Assembly: GCA_017512555.1 (NCBI GenBank)
Contig: JAFWFE010000001.1
Coordinates: 22,238-86,237, forward strand
DNA: 64,000 nucleotides
Direction of reading: 5' to 3'
Source of the DNA: Solobacterium sp.
GTDB lineage: Bacteria > Bacillota_I > Bacilli_A > Erysipelotrichales > Erysipelotrichaceae
Each line of letters begins with the position of its first letter. Position 1 is the first letter of the stretch. This document shows positions 62,943 through 64,000 of this stretch, in pieces. The position numbers were made by a program, and so were the translations under genes. The notes under the pieces were generated by a model. That model had not been told where the DNA came from, made no database searches, and worked only from the letters and a program-made list of their open reading frames with translations.

Positions 62943-63698
62943 ATGCCTGTACCGATCCTTGCACAAGAAACAGAACAGATCTTCAAAGATATCGTAGAAG
63001 AGGTTTTTTCTGTGCCGCTGCCGGAAGATGAACTGTTCGTACAGATCCAGAAGAATATTGACCGGTGTGAGGAAGCCAGTGAAAAATTGCAGATGTCTCT
63101 CCCGGAAGAACAACTTCGCCGTCAGTATGTATTAAAAGCAGTATCCCGGATCTGGTCACTGACCCAGGGAAAGGATACCGAAGATGTTCTTCTCGGGTTA
63201 TACCAGGACTATTATTCAGTCGTGTCCGGGGAAGTGTTGGATCTGGAGACAGAAAACCGTATCTATACCTGGCTGCTGACAATGTTATACCCGGGAAATC
63301 AGGCAGAACCGGAACAGATCGAGATGACAGAATCCGACGTGGAGAAGTATGTCGGGAACAGTATATACAGAGCGTGTGAACAACACATTCATCTGGTTCT
63401 GGAAGGCAGTCAGAGAGTGTCTGTATCGGAAGAAGATAATTCTGCATTGGAGGAAATACTGGACCGGTATTACGGTGTGGTCTGCCGGGATGTGATCCGC
63501 CGGGAACAGGAAGATACCAAGCGGGAATTCCTGCAGGGATTGTTTGATAACGCCAGAGGTGAGAAACAGGGAATCCGGGCAGGACATCTGTTTATGTTGT
63601 ACTATCATGTGTTAACGGGAAAACAGGGACGGTGGCGTCCAGCCCTGGAACTTAACCGTGCGCAAAGTGAAATGATCCGTAAGATCCTGAGGAACTGA
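62943..63698 (+). CDS. Uncharacterised acidic cytosolic protein, 251 aa
   Basis: ORF starting 1 nt after the lipoprotein stop. No recognisable motif. Confidence 0.5.
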   Translation: MPVPILAQETEQIFKDIVEEVFSVPLPEDELFVQIQKNIDRCEEASEKLQMSLPEEQLRRQYVLKAVSRIWSLTQGKDTEDVLLGLYQDYYSVVSGEVLDLETENRIYTWLLTMLYPGNQAEPEQIEMTESDVEKYVGNSIYRACEQHIHLVLEGSQRVSVSEEDNSALEEILDRYYGVVCRDVIRREQEDTKREFLQGLFDNARGEKQGIRAGHLFMLYYHVLTGKQGRWRPALELNRAQSEMIRKILRN

Positions 63699-63699
63699 T

Positions 63700-64000
63700 A
63701 TGCGAATAATTCTATCTCCGGCGAAGAAGATGAACGTGGAAAACGATGACTTTACGGCAGAATCCATGCCGGTTTTTCTGCCGAAGACAGAGATTCTGTT
63801 AAAGCGGATGCGGGAGATGACTGCGGAGGAACTGAAAAAACTGTGGAAGTGCAACGACTCAATTGCCCAGCTGAATCAGGAACGGATAAGAACCATGGAT
63901 TTATACCAGAATCTCAGTCCTGCTGTATTTACCTATGACGGATTGGCGTATAAATACCTCTCTGCCGGCTCCATGACTACAGATGAACTGGAATACATCC
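63700..64000 (+). CDS. yaaA: Peroxide stress protein YaaA (UPF0246/DUF328), 3' end cut by window edge
   Basis: MRIILSPAKKMN... is the characteristic N-terminus. Open to the window end, and absent from the ORF track because no stop is reached. Confidence 0.8.
   Translation, partial: MRIILSPAKKMNVENDDFTAESMPVFLPKTEILLKRMREMTAEELKKLWKCNDSIAQLNQERIRTMDLYQNLSPAVFTYDGLAYKYLSAGSMTTDELEYI

Noticed and set aside
1-64000. CRISPR arrays, tRNA and rRNA genes
   Set aside because: No regularly spaced direct repeats, no T-arm GGTTCGAATCC-type signatures and no rRNA-like conserved blocks were seen on visual scan. A tRNAscan, cmscan or CRISPR-finder run would be needed to be definitive.

Overview
This is a chromosomal window from a Bacillota (Firmicutes) genome. 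The synteny (rnr-smpB, DUF951-ychF, DUF1934-argS-rpoE, upp-DUF1146, tilS-hpt-ftsH, hslO-dusB) suggests a Bacilli/Erysipelotrichia-like lineage; that is inference, and GC content was not computed. About 70 genes are present, mostly housekeeping and mostly on the plus strand: translation and RNA metabolism, murA, fba, ispF, a csoR-copA copper operon, and envelope genes. I saw no rRNA, tRNA or CRISPR by eye.

The non-routine content is:
1. An orphan promoter-to-terminator unit of about 200 nt on the minus strand at 4.1-4.4 kb, with no credible ORF (candidate structured sRNA).
2. A yybP-ykoY-like Mn2+ riboswitch with a three-segment terminator/antiterminator, upstream of a CaCA antiporter.
3. A small accessory islet at about 26.9-32.9 kb. 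It holds an SPFH+RHH pair, an operon for a membrane-anchored MerR regulator, YbjQ and a CPBP protease with a textbook 19-bp-spacer MerR promoter, an intact IS200/IS605 element (tnpA+tnpB with matching end hairpins), and an XRE regulator + membrane protein pair with a palindromic operator.
4. A tightly coupled operon of an anSME-like radical SAM/SPASM enzyme, PepF, a GT-C-like membrane protein, an ABC exporter and an SGNH hydrolase, with no sulfatase nearby.
5. A PBP5-type DD-carboxypeptidase homologue with all three catalytic motifs substituted.
6. CopA with two extra C-terminal HMA domains.
7. An orphan MazF/PemK-fold protein with an N-terminal extension.
8. A membrane-anchored protein with a Pro-rich linker and three MBG-like repeats.
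9. A recurring promoter geometry that implies leaderless or very short-leader mRNAs.

Several ORF-track starts were revised where an upstream extension would run through a terminator or lacks an RBS. All family assignments come from motif recognition by eye, not from database searches.
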